Below are positions 4,840 to 5,685 of a DNA stretch of 5,685 nt, in pieces. How positions within the stretch are numbered: the first letter of the stretch is position 1; every line of letters starts with the position of its first letter. The stretch spans positions 1 to 5,685 of IMG/VR virus record IMGVR_UViG_3300045988_003990; one strand, given 5' to 3'. This stretch comes from a virus. Position numbers and translations under genes: made by a program. The notes beneath the pieces were generated by a model. The model worked only from the letters and a program-made list of their open reading frames with translations. It ran no database searches and was not told the origin of the DNA.

Positions 4840-5229
4840 ATGATTAAAAGTTATATCGTGGACCAAAACGCAAACGAAAAAGTAGGAAAGCACTTTAAAG
4901 TAAAAGAATTTGCGTGCAAAGACGGATCTCAAGCAGTATTTATAGACGAACACCTCGCATCAATCTTAGACATTCTCCGAAACAAAATCGGAAAACCTGT
5001 CATCATCACCAGCGGATACAGAACGCCAGAGTGGAACAAAAGATGTGGAGGAGCAAAGTACAGTTACCATATACGCGGTATGGCTGCAGACATTCGAGTA
5101 AATGGAATGAGCGCAAAAGAAATCGCCAACGAACTGAATGCAATCGTTCCGAATGAATGCGGCATTATCGTATATAAAAGTTGGGTACATTTCGATGTAA
5201 GGACCAGCAAATACAGAAAGGGGGTATAA
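4840..5229 (+). CDS. Zinc metallopeptidase of the M15 family (M15A / Peptidase_M15_3-like cell-wall hydrolase, 129 aa). It is a putative endolysin.
   Basis: ATG at 4840 lies downstream of GAGGG (4829..4833). The motifs are SGYRTPEWN, then SYH-x6-D (H77 at 5068..5070, D84) in HIRGMAADI, then WVHFD (H117). This is the H..D...H zinc-ligand arrangement of the LAS/M15 peptidoglycan peptidases. There is no N-terminal signal peptide or transmembrane (TM) segment. I rejected the track start at 4786 (TTG) because it is the -35 hexamer. Confidence 0.85.
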   Translation: MIKSYIVDQNANEKVGKHFKVKEFACKDGSQAVFIDEHLASILDILRNKIGKPVIITSGYRTPEWNKRCGGAKYSYHIRGMAADIRVNGMSAKEIANELNAIVPNECGIIVYKSWVHFDVRTSKYRKGV

Positions 5230-5230
5230 G

Positions 5231-5353
5231 ATGGCTCTGATTTCCATTAAGGACGTCAAGCAGGCAATCCGCATTATGATGCAGATTCTGGAAAAGCTCG
5301 ACGAAATCTATCACGCGCTGCATGATAGCATCAACGAAAAAGAAAAGGAGTAA
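5231..5353 (+). CDS. Hypothetical small protein (40 aa), absent from the ORF track: MALISIKDVKQAIRIMMQILEKLDEIYHALHDSINEKEKE.
   Basis: The ATG lies 1 nt after the peptidase stop, with AAAGGGG (5218..5224) 6 nt upstream. The stop is at 5351..5353. Its own 3' end carries the AAGGAG SD of the next ORF, so the genes are tightly packed. It looks like a single amphipathic helix with an acidic tail and no TM segment. Confidence 0.6.
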   Translation: MALISIKDVKQAIRIMMQILEKLDEIYHALHDSINEKEKE

Positions 5354-5356
5354 ACC

Positions 5357-5584
5357 ATGGTACACAAAACATGGAACATACGAGACCAGACCACAAAAGA
5401 ACTAGAAATTCTACTCGAACGAAAATACAAAGAAATTGATAGCAATTACAAAATGTTTAAAAAAGCGTCAAGTATCGAAGATGCTAAAAGAATAGTAAAC
5501 GAAACTCGGCAAATAAAAAACTTTGCAAACGACATCGAATTAGAGCTAATGCGAAGGGAGTACAACAATGGCACGACATCGTAA
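5357..5584 (+). CDS. Hypothetical protein (75 aa), highly charged and apparently all-helical or coiled-coil.
   Basis: ATG at 5357 is preceded by AAGGAG (5345..5350) at 6-nt spacing. Its 3' end overlaps the ORF8-like start by 17 nt and contains that gene's SD. I recognise no family motif. Confidence 0.65.
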   Translation: MVHKTWNIRDQTTKELEILLERKYKEIDSNYKMFKKASSIEDAKRIVNETRQIKNFANDIELELMRREYNNGTTS

Positions 5585-5685
5585 GGCAATGAACGGCGCA
5601 AAAGACCGCCGAATGTTTAACGTAACCGCAAAAAAGACCAAAACTATCAACCTTAGCCAGAAGCCTATGCGCGGTGGCATCCGGC
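5568..5685 (+). CDS. 5' part of the small basic DNA-binding/packaging protein (ORF8/J-like). It continues across the circular junction to the stop at 58..60.
   Basis: ATG at 5568 is preceded by AAGGGAG (5554..5560) at 7-nt spacing. It is open to the window end and in phase with 1..60 once the 55-nt overlap is collapsed. The protein is 40 aa and rich in Arg/Lys. Confidence 0.75.
   Translation, partial: MARHRKAMNGAKDRRMFNVTAKKTKTINLSQKPMRGGIR
5631..5685. repeat. Right copy of the 55-nt terminal direct repeat (identical to 1..55).
   Basis: Exact identity to 1..55. Confidence 0.95.

Noticed and set aside
4914-5156. An 80-aa basic + strand ORF overlapping the M15 peptidase gene.
   Set aside because: The reasoning is the same as for 323..547: no SD, and an Arg/His/Lys-rich frame-shift composition. 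It has no hydrophobic segment, so it is not an E-like lysis protein.
224-5365. All 12 minus-strand track ORFs: 224..433, 566..850, 1457..1666, 2034..2228, 2440..2649, 2496..2735, 3080..3265, 4013..4402, 4540..4737, 4741..4953, 4966..5274 and 5165..5365.
   Set aside because: Each lies antisense to a well-supported + strand gene or across the repeat region. They have no SD and show Phe/Leu/Cys-rich composition, which is expected from reading the complement of an A-rich coding strand. Microviridae transcribe one strand only. The FNTFNTFN stretch in 4540..4737 is simply the TGTTGAAA repeats read backwards.
1-5685. tRNA, rRNA, integrase, transposase, and the phiX-type genes D, G, E and H.
   Set aside because: None is recognisable. 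No cloverleaf-like or rRNA-like segments are present, and no further ORFs with ribosome-binding sites remain.

Overview
The window is one complete circular ssDNA microvirus genome (family Microviridae, Gokushovirinae-like). Bases 1..55 are repeated exactly at 5631..5685, so the unit genome is 5630 nt and the window is a circular contig with an assembly overlap. All credible genes lie on the + strand and are tightly packed, with several overlapping stop/start codons. Going round the circle they are: a small basic ORF8/J-like DNA-binding protein that wraps the junction (5568..5685 plus 56..60), a VP5-like small protein (78..317), the VP3 internal scaffolding protein (310..747), the VP1 major capsid protein (744..2411), an intrinsic terminator hairpin (2422..2449), the VP2 pilot/minor capsid protein (2451..3314) and the VP4 HUH rolling-circle replication initiator (3311..4330). 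No phiX-type D, G or E genes are visible. The unusual part lies between VP4 and ORF8. It starts with about 510 nt lacking any convincing ORF (4331..4839), which is long for a microvirus. This stretch holds stem-loops, an extremely GC-rich alternating purine/pyrimidine block that runs into an AT-rich TAATATTAAC/AACTTG motif, and a one-orientation array of TGTTGAAA iteron-like repeats. It ends in a near-consensus sigma70/sigmaA promoter with an extended -10. An accessory cassette follows: a zinc peptidase M15-type cell-wall hydrolase (4840..5229) with no signal peptide and no holin-like partner, then two tightly coupled small ORFs of unknown function (40 aa and 75 aa). Two similar GAAA-tetraloop hairpins also stand out. 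One doubles as the VP1 terminator and may bridge a distant Shine-Dalgarno sequence (SD) to the VP2 start. The other sits inside the first codons of VP3. All family assignments come from recognising motifs by eye. No database search was run.
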